Assembly: GCA_963718235.1 (NCBI GenBank)
Contig: CAVQYR010000002.1
Location: forward strand, 160,001-224,000
Source: an uncultured Actinomycetota bacterium
Lineage (GTDB): Bacteria; Actinomycetota; Actinomycetes; JAHEKZ01
DNA length: 64,000 nt
Direction: 5' to 3'
The translations under genes and the position numbers were made by a program. This document shows, one piece after another, positions 27,952-39,832 of the stretch. The notes beneath the pieces are model-generated. The model was not told where the DNA came from, searched no databases, and saw only the letters and a list, made by a program, of their open reading frames with translations. Every line of letters starts with the position of its first letter. Positions within the stretch are counted from its first letter, which is position 1.

Positions 27952-28841
27952 CCATGCCGTAGGCGGCCCAACGACGCCGAACTTCATCTACATCGGCCCG
28001 GACAAGGCCGGATCATCGTGGCTGCACGAGTGCCTGCTGACCCACCCGCAGGTCTTCATGCCGGTGGCCAAGGACCTCTACTTCTTCGACCGCTACTACG
28101 ACCGTGGCCTCTCGTGGTACCTCTCGCAGTTCTCCGACGCCACGCCCACGCAGCGCGTCGTCGGCGAGGTCTGCCAGGACTACCTGTTCTGCTCTGAGGC
28201 CCCGGCTCGGATCGAGGAGTCCCTGGGGACTGCCCGGTTCATGGTCACGTTGCGCGATCCGGCCGACCGGGCGTTCTCGTCCTACCTGTACATGCTCAAG
28301 CAGGGGCAGACGCCGGGCACGTTCCTGGAGGCGCTCGAAGGTCGACCCGAGCTGATCGAGCATGGCCGGTACGCCACTGGGATCGAGCGGTTCGTCGACC
28401 GGTTCGGGAAGGACCAGCTCTACGTCGCCGTCTTCGACGACCTGGTCGCCGACCCGCAGGCGTTCATCGACGCGCTCCTGGTGTGGCTCGAGATCGACCC
28501 GATGACGCTCAGCGACGAGCTGCTGCAGGCCCGGCTGCCGGCCGGGAGCGCCCGCTCGGCCTCTGCTGGCGCGCTGGGCTCGGCGAGCGGCGGACGTCGT
28601 CCGCGAGCGGGACGGAGCCAACCTCGTGGGCCGGGTCAAGCGCTCGACCACAGTCCAGAAGCTGCTCTACCGGACCCTCGCCGACGACAAGCCGGTCATG
28701 TCGGAGGTCGAGCGTGCAGCGGTCCATGAAGCCTTGGCGGACGAGGTCGCGAGGCTCGACGCGACGTACGGGCTCGGTCTCGCCCAGCGTTGGGGATGGT
28801 CGCTGGTCGGGTCAGCGTCAGTCGACGACGCGGGGGCGTAG
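27938..28841 (+). CDS. Sulfotransferase (one frameshift near 28560)
   Basis: PNFIYIGPDKAGSSWL (5'-PSB), KDLYFFD, LRDPADRAFSSY (3'-PB). Confidence 0.85.
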
Positions 28842-30250
28842 TGTCGCTGGCCGAGCCGGTCACGCTCGTCGTCGATCGCCCCCAACCGCAGGGCTCCCGA
28901 CTGTCTGCGTTGGCTGGGGCCGGGCTGGCCGCTGAAGGTGCTGCTTGCTCGGGCGTGCCCGTCTGGTGGGCGCTTGGGCGTCGGCCCCGTCGTCTATCTT
29001 CGTGGCCTGCTGCTGGTCATGGCCGGTGCAGATTGTGCGGCGCGGCGCGCCTTCGCCCACCCGCGGCGTTCGGCGTCTGGCTGTTGTTCCTGATCTGGGT
29101 CGGGGCGGGAGTGCTCGTGCTGTGGGCACACGCTCCTGGCTCGGTGGACGGCGGAGGGCCTGGGCGTCTCGTCGGCTTCGTGTTCTGGGGGCTGTGGTAC
29201 CTCTCGGTCACTGTCGCCATGATCTACCCCCTCAGCTTCCCGTCGCATGTGCTGTCCGCCCGCACCGTGGCCGAGTGGCTCGCCGTCTTGTTCCTGGTCG
29301 TTGCTGCTGGCGGGCTGCTTGGAGTCCTGTTTCCCACCTTCGAGTTCACCTCTCCGATGGAGATGATCGTTCCCGGGCGCCCAGGGTGAAGGGTTCATCC
29401 ACACGATGATCCACCCTTCTCTGGCCACCCAGAGTGACTTCCTTGGGTATGAGCAGCCGCGTCCGAATGCGCCCTATGCCTACCCCAACGCATGGGGCAA
29501 CAACTTCGCTCTGCTCCTGCCCTTCTTTGTCTTCGCGTGGGGTACGAGTGCGCGGCGATGGAAGCGGCGTCGCCGTGCCGTTCGTGCATCGCAGTGGCCA
29601 TGGTGCCCGTGGTCCTGTCGCTGAATCGGGGTCTGTGGCTCGGTCTGGGGGTCTTGCTCGTCTACGCGGTCGTCCAACCTGGTCCGTGGCGGTGCACTAC
29701 CGCGTCCTGCTGGCCATCTCGTCTGCGTCGGAGTCGCCGTCGTGGTCGTCATGACGACCCCTCTGGTCGACACGATTCAACTGCGACTCGAGACGCCGCA
29801 CAGCAATGCTCGTCGCACAACGGTGGCCGAGACGGTGATCGGTCCACGTGGGAGGGGTCACCCCTTCTCGGATTCGGTTCGACCCGTCAGGTTCAGGGGA
29901 GCTTCGACTCGATCGCGGGTGGGGAGACACCCGACTGCCATCAGTGCGCCGCGCCGCCGCTGGGGACGCAGGGATTCCTGTGGCGCCTCGTGTTCACCAC
30001 GGGCTTCGTCGGAACGGCTCTCTTCTACACGTTCATGGCCATCCAGTTCGCTGAAGCATGTTCGGAGACGGGATCCGGTCTCGGTGGCTGGCTGCATGGT
30101 GCTCACGATGTCCTTCTTCTTCTTCATCGTCTACGACTCGCTTGAGTCTCCACTTTTCATTCTCATGCTGGCCATCGGGCTCATGAACCGACAGCGGCTC
30201 GAAGACGACGACCGACAATCCCATCTGCTCGGCCGAGCCACACTCTTGAG
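28841..30250 (+). pseudogene. O-antigen ligase / Wzy polymerase-like membrane protein, frameshifted (end approximate)
   Basis: Many TM segments; RPNAPYAYPNAWG, LSLNRGLWLG, SPLLGFG, GTQGFLW...GFVG. Confidence 0.72.
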
Positions 30251-30259
30251 GACTCGACG

Positions 30260-31138
30260 TGGCCACACTCAAGCAACGAGCACCTGCACGGACATCAAGC
30301 AGCTCGGGCGACGCATCTACGTCCCCGTCGGCGAGATGACGTCGTCGCTCGAGGATGGCTCCGTCGTTCATCGTGGCGGGGGCACAGCGATGCGGCACGA
30401 CGAGTCTCTATCGAGCGCTGCTGACGCATCCTGCCGTGCTTTCGGCCGCGTTTCACAAGGGAGTGAACTACTTCGACGTGAACTACGACAAGGGGATGTC
30501 GTGGTACCGAGGGCACTTTCCCCTTCGAGGCACTGCGTCGCTTCGCACGCGGGGTTCGGGCGAGCCCCCAGTCGACCTTCGATGCCAGCGGCTACTACAT
30601 GTTCCATCCGCTGGCCGCTGAGCGGATCGGACGCGATCTGCCGAGGTCAAGGTCCTGGTTCTCGTCAGAGACCCGATCGAACGTGCCTACTCCGCATACC
30701 GGCATGAGTACGCGCGCGGCTTCGAGACGGAGTCGTTCGAGCGCGCCCTTGCTCTTGAGGACGAGCGAGTCCAGCCCGAGCTCGAGCGGATGCTGGCGGA
30801 CCACTCGTACCAGAGCGACAGCTACCGCCACCACGCCTACCGAAGGCGGGGCCAGTACGACGAGCAGCTTGCGCCGACTGGCCGATGCGGTTGGGCGAGA
30901 GCGACTCTTGCGTGGTCGAGAGCGAGTCGTTCTTCTCCGAGCCGGAGGTCGAGTACCGTCGGATCCTCGACTTCTTGGGGCTTCGCCCGCACGTCCCGAA
31001 GCGCTTCGACCGATGGAATGCGCGCCCGGGAGCCGAGATCCCCTCGGGAGCCCAGCGGTTCCTCGACGAGCGCCTTCCGAGATCACGACGAGCGCTTGGC
31101 GCGAGTACCTCGGTCGTGCTCCCAGTTGGCAGCGGTGA
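30260..31138 (+). pseudogene. Sulfotransferase, frameshifted (start approximate)
   Basis: PSFIVAGAQRCGTTSLY, KGVNYFD, YYMFHP, RDPIERAYSAY, GQY. Confidence 0.8.
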
Positions 31139-31147
31139 GCCGTCAGC

Positions 31148-31947
31148 ATGTACCAAGCGCCCATCGTAGTAGGTCCTTCAGATCCGATCTTCGCATGCGA
31201 TACGCGCGCCACGAATGTGGAGGCGGCTCGTCATCGGTGCCCTTTGCGGCATGTTGGTCGGAGTCGCTTGGGTCGTGGCGACCCCGAAGACCTACAAGGC
31301 AACGGCGGCGATTGAGCTGAGCGAGGCATCCCCGCAGGTGAGTCTCGCCGAGGATGGACCGCGAGGGCAGGACGTCAGCGTCGATACCGATGCGCTCATC
31401 GTGGCTTCCGACCCAGTCGTGGACTCCGTCGCCCGAGAGGGGGACCGCTCGCCTTCTCAGGTGCGTGAGCACTTGACGGTTTCGGCGCGTCCCCTGACAC
31501 GCGTGATGACCATTACGTTACACGGCTGACAGCGCGAGCGCAGCGGTACGAGGCGCGCAAGTGGCGGCGGAAGCCTTCTTGGTGGAGCGTGAACGCCTCA
31601 TCATCGCACCTGTGCGTGACTACCTGGACCGTGTGACTGATCGACAGATTGGCGTCGGCGCTGCGTCGGTGGGAGCGGTCACAGAGGCGTCAGAGGCGGA
31701 CCTTTGGTCTTTGGAGCTTCGACGTCAAGCGGCCGTCGCCAAGCGGGTGCGCCTCGCTGCCGCGGGTGAGATTCTCGAGAATGCGCGATTGACTGCCGTT
31801 GGATACCGCGGGGAGCGGGAGGTCCCCGTTGCCAGCGGGGCCGCCCTCGGGGTCCTGACCGTCCTTCTGTTCGGAGCGGTAGGTGCGCGACGCCGTGGCG
31901 AGCGGCGCGCCCGACCCCAACGTCAGCCAGTTGGGCAGGCCACATGA
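31148..31947 (+). pseudogene. Wzz-like membrane protein, frameshifted
   Basis: TM + PKTYKATAAI, VSVDTDALIV.SD.V, AQVAAEAFL, C-terminal TM. Confidence 0.6.
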
Positions 31948-32711
31948 GGCGTAACTCGGCTGGTGGCCCGTCCGGTGGGCGATCGCGGACGAGGCGACTG
32001 AAGGTGGTTGCCGCATTAACGCTCGTAGGGGCGTTGGCCGGAGCGACAGCTGGGTGGTGGGTCGGCACCACGCGGTCCGCGGGCTTCGTCTCCACTGCAT
32101 CGGTCGTCATTCTTCCGCTCGTCGGCAATTCCTTCTCCGTGAACTCGACCGACTCGCTCGTCAGTCTGCACACTGAGGCCCAGTTGGTTCGCTCGGACAG
32201 GGTTCTCGAGAGTGTCGCAGCGTCTGGTGCGGGCCCGACGGACGTGGATATCTTGCGTGGCAAGGTCGCCGTTTCGGTTGCGGAGAGCTCGGAGATCGTT
32301 CTGATCTCAGTCCGGGCTGAGTCAGCTGACGTGTCCGAGGAACTCGCCACAACACTTGCCGCGTCCACCCTCGATCGACGGCTGGACCGGGCTGCCTCGA
32401 CTCGAGACGAACAGCTGGCGGTGGTTCGCTCGAGTATCGAAAGGGCCGAGGCGGAGGTCGCCAAGGCGACGGACCCGGCGATCCAGAGAGTCTTGAGCCA
32501 ACACCTCGTCGTCCTGCGCGGTCAGCGAGCCACACTTCAAGGTGCGACGCTCGACCCGGGCGACCTCATCGGTGTCCGGACCGTGCGTGCTTCGCGGCGG
32601 ACGATGAAGATCAGCCTGGTCCTCGGAGGTGCTGCATTCGGAGCTGCAGCTGCTTTCGTCGTTGCTCGGTGGTCGTCGCGGGCCCGAGTCAACGAGAGTC
32701 GGCCCGCCTGA
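31944..32711 (+). CDS. Wzz-like membrane protein
   Basis: TM, FVSTASVVI.PL.GN.F, LHTEAQLVRSD, coiled segment, C-terminal TM. Confidence 0.65.
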   Translation: MRRNSAGGPSGGRSRTRRLKVVAALTLVGALAGATAGWWVGTTRSAGFVSTASVVILPLVGNSFSVNSTDSLVSLHTEAQLVRSDRVLESVAASGAGPTDVDILRGKVAVSVAESSEIVLISVRAESADVSEELATTLAASTLDRRLDRAASTRDEQLAVVRSSIERAEAEVAKATDPAIQRVLSQHLVVLRGQRATLQGATLDPGDLIGVRTVRASRRTMKISLVLGGAAFGAAAAFVVARWSSRARVNESRPA

Positions 32712-33691
32712 GGTAGCCATGGCCGAGCAGAGCCGGCATGCCGAGCGCCGTGGCGGTCAGCCGGTCACGTCGGCTGAGGGCACTGCGCCACTCCTCATCG
32801 GCGCGTAGGGTCACCTCACCTGTCGTGAAGCGCGACGGGTTGCCGCTGATCCCATGACTCGAGGGCAGCAGAGCCACCTGCCCGTGGAGGTGGTTGGCCT
32901 GGCCGATGAAGTGCTCGAGCCCGAGTTCGCGGAGCGCTCCGTAAGTCGTCGCCTCCGAGGCGGTCACGAGGTCCTCATAGCGCACCGTGGCGGAGGGCTT
33001 GATGAGAGCGCCCGCAACGGCGGACTGCGCCTCCATCCGTGTCCATCGGGCTGCGGTGCGCCACACCGAGAAGCTGGCCATTGTCTCGCGCCCCTGGTCG
33101 GTGGCGTGCGGTCGGCGCACGTTGGACTTCGCCCACGAGTAGGACACCCCGCGCACGTCGCGCACCAGGTGCAGTACCCGCAGGTCTATGCGCGGCTCGT
33201 TGCGAAGTGCGATCAATGGTGCAATCGCCTTGCTCGCGTCCACGATGACGTCCGCCTTGGACTCCAGCTGGATCGCCCGATACAGCTCGTACTGAGTGTC
33301 GCAGTACTCCCGCAGCTGATCTCGGAACGCGGTGTTGGCAAGCCGGGGGTTCGCTACCTGTGGCCAGGAACCGCTGGCGCGCCACGTTCCGCTGAAGCGC
33401 AGCATTGCGCTGAACCAGTTCGCTCGACCAGCCGTCGAAGGAGCGCTCGCCGACGGCTTGCCAGAACGGGCACTCAGAGAACAGGGCGCCACAACCACAC
33501 CGCTCGTTGTTCGGTGCGATCTGGCGGAACACCTCAACAAGCTCACCGACGTTGACGAAGCCGGGAAATCCGCCGAGCAGGCGCTCGAAGACCGTGCTTC
33601 CGGACCGGCCGGCGCCCACGATGTACAGCACCGTTGGGCGCTCGGCCCGCGCGCTGCTGGCTTCCGATGCCCCTCTCGAATCAGGCATCAC
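32689..33691 (-). CDS. Sulfotransferase (frameshift near 33350)
   Basis: VLYIVGAGRSGSTV, CGCG...CPFW, VDASK, HLVRDVRGV.YSW, VRYEDL, HGISGNP. Confidence 0.85.
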
Positions 33692-33791
33692 AGTGATCTA
33701 CCCCCCCAACTGGTAACGGACCGTCATCGTAGCCAAGCGTGACGGTCGTGCCTCACGACTACCATGGGCATCACCCGTCTGCCCTAGCCAC

Positions 33792-35085
33792 ATGAAGTCG
33801 CCGGGGCCGGGCCACGGCCAGTTCATGGCCGACTCGATGCCGAAAGGATGGCTATGGCGTCTGTCGCTGGACTCCGAGCACGTCGTCTACGCCCGGGGAG
33901 TGGTGTCGCGGCTCTGGCCGGAGCCGGCGGTCATCCAGGTAACCAAGCAGCGGGCATCCCCCTCGCCACGGAGCGTCGTCGCGGAGTGGCTGCTCCTCCC
34001 GAACCCCAGACGTCCGACCCTGCTGGTCCCTACCCAATTCCGCAGGCATCCCGGATGCTCCAGCGACACGGGAACCGGTTCGGACCTCGGGCCGGGCGTG
34101 CGTCACTGGCCTGGGGCGTCCGGTCCGGGGCACTCGAACGCCTCCCCGTGCCGAGGATTCGTGTGGCGCTCGACCCCGCGTGGGAGGGGAGCGCCGAAAC
34201 CCCTCAGTCCAGGCGTGCCTTGACGAAGCCGTCTGCGGGGTCCACGCACTGGGCCTGATCCTCGGCACCCCGCGACCCAACCGAAAGCCGGTTCTCCAGC
34301 TGTTCGCGGATGCCGGCACGACCTGGGGTTCGCCAAGGTCGGGCGTCAGCGAACTTCACGCGAGCAGCTGGTGCGGACCGAGGCAGGCCAACCTCGACGT
34401 CGTGCAGGCGGCCGGCCTGAGGACCATCGACATCCCCGACGTACTGCATCGCGGGGCCTTCAACGACCTCGACCTGCTGGTCTTGTCGCCGATGGGCTCG
34501 AGCCAGGAGCGCCGCGAGGCGGCGATGCCGTTGCAGGCGATGGCCGAGCTGGCCCGCATGCGGCGGGACGAGCCACCGAACGACTGGCCGCCAGCACCTA
34601 CTGGGTGCCCTGAGGACGTCGGCGGCGCAACCGGGACTGTCCGAAGCAGGAGCAGACTGACGCGCGGGCTGGCCGGACGGGTCCGACCGGTGGGGTGACT
34701 GCGAGGTCGAGTTCGGCAGCTGGCACGGGGACTGGGCGCCCTGGAACATGGGCTACCGAGACGGACGGGTGCAGCTGTGGGACTGGGAACGTTTGCTTCG
34801 GAGCGTCCCTGTGGGATTCGACGCGGTGCACTTCCGTGCTCAGCGGGTCGGCATGGACAGAAGACCACTCGGCGGGCGGAGGAAGAGCGCGTGGTCGGGA
34901 AGTGCCCGCCCTGCTGCGAGCAGATGGGACGGTGGAGCCGCGTCACCGGAACCCGTCTGGTGCCTGCTCGTGTACCTGCTGGAGATCAGCCTCGATTCCT
35001 GCGGATGACCAGCGGCGAGACGAAGGCTGCCCCGGCATCCTCGGGCCCTTTGGGCGATCGACTTCGCCCAGCGGACGTGGGGTGA
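33792..35085 (+). pseudogene. Phosphotransferase (APH-like) fold hypothetical protein, frameshifted
   Basis: LP....P.LLVP, RPNRKPVLQL, (F)AKVG, WHGDWAPWN, WDWER. Confidence 0.6.
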
Positions 35086-35333
35086 CGGGCCGGGCTTGGC
35101 CGCGAGGGCAGACCCGCTGTCCGCCGCTGCGGTCGTCAGCTCGTTGCTCCCGTCGGGTGGTCCCGAGGGGATCTGGCTCTGACCGGCGTCTCGGCCTGAG
35201 TAGCGTGGCGGCCCAGACCCGATGACAACCCAGATCGGCGAGCCAGTTGACGACCTCAGGACGACGAGGGAGTAGTGATGTCACCAAGGGTGGGGGCACG
35301 TCGGCTCAGGCTCGGCCCGAGAATGGGCGACGA

Positions 35334-36860
35334 GTGAGCGAGTCTCCGGACCACATCCGTCGGATCGCTCGCTCGGGTGGCCTGAGCATGGCTGGGTGCG
35401 GCGGTCAGCGCGATCGCCGGAGTCCTCCTGGTGATGGTCGTCACTTGGCGCTTCGACAAGGAGCAGGCCGGGACTGTCTTCACCACGACCACCCTCTTCC
35501 TCCTCACGATGACGATCGTGCAGTTCGGCGCCGATGTGGGACTGGTGCGTTGGCTGCCCAGCCATGTCGCCACGGGTGCCGAGCACAACGTGACGGCCAC
35601 CTTGCGGGCAGCCTTCGTGCCGGTGCTCGGTCTGTCGATCGTCGTGGCCGTGGCGGCGATCGGGACCGCCCCGATGGTGGCTGGGCTGTTCGACTCCGAG
35701 TACCCCGACGACATCTCGAAGCAGCTGATGGTGCTGGCGGTGTTCCTTCCGATCGCGGCGATCTACAGCCTCGCCCTGGCCTCGACTCGGGCCTTTCGCA
35801 CGATGCGTCCGACGGTCCTGGTGGACTCAGTGGGCCGTGACCTCACGCAGCTGGGCCTCGTGCTCCTGGCCGGTGCCGTCGGGCTGGGGTCGGTGGGCTT
35901 CGTCCTCATGTGGGCCATCCCCTACCCGTTCGCGCTGGTGGTGGCTGGGACCTGGCTCATCGTTCTGATCCGCAGGTCACGTGAGGCGGCTAGGGCCAAG
36001 GGTCGGGGAGACGGGGCGGCAGACCCCGACGTGGCGTCTCAGTTCTGGAGGTACACGGCACCGCGCGGGTTGGCCACCATCGCACAGACCCTGCTCAAGC
36101 GTTCGGACATCCTGCTCGTTGGTCTGCTGGCCAACGACTTTGGACAAGTCGCACTCTATGTAGCAGCCACCCGATTCGTGGTCTTCGGCCAGCTCGCGGT
36201 TCAAGCGCTCCAGCTGGCCCTTGCGCCGCAGATGAGTGCGGTGTTGGCCCGGGGGGAGCACGACGCTGCGCAGGACGTCTACCGAACGACGACGGCATGG
36301 GGCATGGTGCTGGCCTGGCCGGTCTACATCATCAGTGCAGTCCTGGCGCCGTGGATCCTGATGGTCCTCTTCAGGCCCTCCTATGCCGAAGCCGCACCAG
36401 TCGTCGTCATCCTGGTCGCTGGCCATGCTGGTGGCCACCGCGTGTGGGTCGGTCGACACCGTGCTTCTCATGGCCGGTCGCAGCTGGTTGAGCCTGCTCA
36501 ACACCGGGATCGCGTTGGTGGTGAACGTCGGCCTGAACCTCCTTCTGATCCCCAGGATCGGAATCATTGGTGCAGCGATCTCCTGGGCGATCGCCATCCT
36601 CATTCGCAACGCGCTTCCACTCACCATGATCAACCGGATGCTGGGGATGTCACCGTTCGGGCGCGCATCGGCCTGGGTGGCGCTCAGTGCGGTCTTGTGT
36701 CTTGGTGTCGTGCCCGACGGCTCTGCGTCTGGCCGGCGCGCCATTCGGAGCGGTGCTCGGTGCAGTCCTCGTCGGTGGGTTCGCCTACCTTGCGGCACTG
36801 TGGTGGGGTCGCGAGGCGCTCCAGCTGAGTGCCTTGACCAGCGTTCTGCACCGGCGATAA
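35334..36860 (+). pseudogene. Wzx/MOP-family polysaccharide flippase, frameshifted
   Basis: IARSGG, GADVGLVRW, FWRYTAPR, DILLVG, GSVDTVLLMAGR, NLLLIP..GI.GAA. Confidence 0.8.
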
Positions 36861-36953
36861 GGCACCCCGAGCCGATCGTGGGCCGCAGCAGGACGAGACG
36901 CACCCTGGTGACAAGCAGCGGGAAAGGCCTCGTCCCGTATGAAGGTGCGACCC

Positions 36954-38470
36954 TCAGCCGAGGCGAGCCGTCGTGCCCTTGGCAAGGTTCTGGCCGAAGG
37001 CAGTGAGCCGTTCGCCGCTCAATGCCCAGCTGCCGTCCCACGAGCCCTTGGATGAGTGGAAGTAGGAGATGGCCAGGAAGTCGTGCGCGAGCCCGTAGTT
37101 GTACTGGTCACGCAGCCAAGTCGGCTGCCCGCCCCGGGTTCGCGCTGTCCACATGGAGACCCGTCTCGGCAACCAGCGTGGGGTAACCCCAGCTCTGGAT
37201 CGTCAGCCCTGGCGACATGGTCTCCGGAACCGACTTCCAGGCCTGACCGTTGCCAGCAGCCCACGGGTTGTAGCTGTCGAATCCCATGATGTCGACCCCG
37301 TGCCAACAGGCATGCGGAAGGCTTCGGGGCGACCCGCCCCGCTGCAGGAAGTCCCAGCCATTGAGGATCCCGACGAGAGCGATGTTGCTGGAGTACTTGT
37401 CGATGAGCTTGCGAGCGTGCTGCTGCATGTCAACCCAGTCGGAGGCGACACCGTCCCCGCGTGGCTCATGGTGCAGTGCGAGCCACACCGGACCGTTCAC
37501 TGTTGGCCAGAGCCTTGATGCGGTCGATCAGCCAAGCGTCTTGCTTGCCGGCTGCGACGGATGCCCAACTGCCTGGAACCTTGCGTCGACATCAGGGGGA
37601 GTCGGCCCGCCTCGGGTCGGCCGCCGATGCTTGCGAAGCGAACGCTGCCGCCTTCTGCTGCGGCGTCATGTAGATCCGGTGCACGGACACCTTCCTGCCG
37701 ACCTGAGCCTCCAGCTTGCTGATGTTCCCGCCCTCGATGGAGGCGCCGTAGTACATGGTTCCGGCGCATGGGTCGCCGGGGAATCGCTTCTTGCAGCCTC
37801 GGGGGTCGGTGGTCGGCTTGGGCGTGGGGTCGGGTTTGCCGGTCTGAGTCGGCGTCGGCGTCTTTGTCGGTCCGCCGGCGGCCTTGTCCTGCAGGCGCAG
37901 GAGCAGTGTGGGGGCCTTCGTCGTCTCGCTCGATGAGAAGGTTGCGCTCCCCGCTGTCGCGGTGAGGGCGAACGAGTATGTGCCGACTCCGGTGACCACG
38001 GAGCTCACATCGATCCAGCGCGTGCCTACCGGTCCGGTGCTCACTTCGCCGAGGGTGGCGCCGACCGCTGGCGCTGATCTGAAGGTGAGCCTGTTCTCGG
38101 TCCAGCTGCTGTCTTTGACCGCCTTCAGCGAGATCGTCGCGTTGATCGCCGCTCGCGGGGTGAGCAAGACCTTGGCACCAACCAGCTTGCTGGTTCCAAG
38201 GTCTTGCTTGGTGACCCGGAACTGCAGGTAGCTGACCTTGCGCACGCCGCTCTGGTTCTGAGCGACGAGCCCTGAGTCGGACGCCTGGTTGAGGTCGGGC
38301 TTGTTCGAAGTGACGACGCCGTCTTGCTGCGCAACCACCCCGACTGTGCGGTCCACGGCTGTGTCTGCCAGAGACGACTTTGAGGTGAGACTGCCGTAGG
38401 CGAAGCTCGACACTGCGAGCGCGCTGGTGACGGCGACGACAACGACACTTTTCTTGGCTTGGCCAAACAT
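36954..38470 (-). pseudogene. Secreted CBM96/DNRLRE-like + GH26-like protein (copy 2; frameshifted)
   Basis: RKVSYLQF, WTENRLTFRSAP, FPGDPCAGTMYYGAS, VWLALHHEP, GVDIMGFDSYN, VAETG. Confidence 0.72.
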
Positions 38471-38925
38471 CAACACTCCGGTTGTTGGTTCCGGCTGTTT
38501 CGAGCGAACGCTTCTGTCCGCAAGCGGGGCATCACACGATGTCATCAGTACGACAGGTCTCTTACCCGTCACCCGCTCGCAGCAGTGAAACAAACCCTGA
38601 CGGCGCTTCGCAAATCGACACGTCGAAGATCGAGAACCGTTTCACCGCAAAGTGAGTTGCACCACAACGTGTATGTGGGAGTACGCGACGAATGGCCTGA
38701 AATGTCCGACTCGTCCTGCGATGTGACGCGTGGGACGAAAGCGTACACAGCCGTGCAGTCAGGGTGCGTGGTGCAGCTGCGAGTCGGCCGACTCGATGTG
38801 AGCCAGCAATGACGATATGGTCTCGTGCTGCTGTTTCAGCACCGCCGCCAGCACATCTGAGAAACGTCTTGCGGCCGGGTGAGACCACGAGATAGTTCGG
38901 GCAGAATCCACGGAGGGAACTAGCG

Positions 38926-39810
38926 GTGCGAACTGAAGGATCGCGTGCATCACGCTTGTCATGCGGGACTCACAGGTCATGGAGCGCCGTGGTGGGGTTC
39001 GGGCTTGCCTACACCTTCGCGATAACCGGTGCCGGCGCAACGCCGGCAAGTCCTGCAGTCGCTGAAGCGTCGATGGCCGGCTCGAGTGTGGAGCGGACGA
39101 TCAAGGACCCCTCCATCGTCGAGTCAAGCGGTCTGGCACGTAGTGGCTATCGCGCAGGGCGCCTTTGGACTCACAACGACAGCGGTGGCGGGTCGACGAT
39201 CTTCGCCCTAGGGCGGACAGGCAGAACAGTGGCACGGTATGAGTTGGCCAAGTCGTCACACCTCGACTGGGAGGGGATGGCGAGCGCCAGACACCGTGGC
39301 GTGAACTACCTCTTCGTTGGAGACATCGGAGACAACGGGCAGAAGCGCTCCAGCATCTTCGTTCATCGAGTCCGGGAGCCACGGCCGGCAGCGTCACGCC
39401 GCCTCCTCAAGCCGAAGTCGTTCGAGTTCAAGTACCCCGACGGCGCCCACAATGCCGAGACGCTGATGGTGAAGCCAGGCTCGATGCGCATCTACATCGT
39501 GACCAAGGGGAAGAAGGTATCTGGCGGCTTCTACGTCGCGCCGAGGTTCCCGTCCACGAAGCGAGTCAACACCCTGCGAAGGATCGGTCGGGCCCCGGCC
39601 GGTATGGCAGATGGCGTCTTCCTCGACCACCAACGCTTCATCCTGCGTGGATACGAAGGTGGCTGGCTCTACCGCCGCATGGGCGCCACACCGTTCCGGT
39701 TCCCATTGCCGATCAAGGGCGAGTCGATCACGCGGGACTCCCGGCCAAGGACGGTCCTCATCGGAAGTGAGGGCCGCTACTCCAGCATCTGGAGAGTGAG
39801 ACACCCCTAG
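38926..39810 (+). CDS. Secreted hypothetical protein (beta-propeller / esterase-like)
   Basis: ESSGL, WTHNDSG, DWEGMA, VGDIGDN, YPDGAHNAETL, GESI. Confidence 0.7.
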   Translation: MRTEGSRASRLSCGTHRSWSAVVGFGLAYTFAITGAGATPASPAVAEASMAGSSVERTIKDPSIVESSGLARSGYRAGRLWTHNDSGGGSTIFALGRTGRTVARYELAKSSHLDWEGMASARHRGVNYLFVGDIGDNGQKRSSIFVHRVREPRPAASRRLLKPKSFEFKYPDGAHNAETLMVKPGSMRIYIVTKGKKVSGGFYVAPRFPSTKRVNTLRRIGRAPAGMADGVFLDHQRFILRGYEGGWLYRRMGATPFRFPLPIKGESITRDSRPRTVLIGSEGRYSSIWRVRHP

Positions 39811-39832
39811 CCGCGTCAGCCAACGAGACCCA

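Noticed and set aside
38471-38925. ncRNA or c-di-GMP riboswitch in the lower-GC intergenic region
   Set aside because: No GEMM-type GCAAA/GAAA architecture recognisable; consistent with a divergent promoter region
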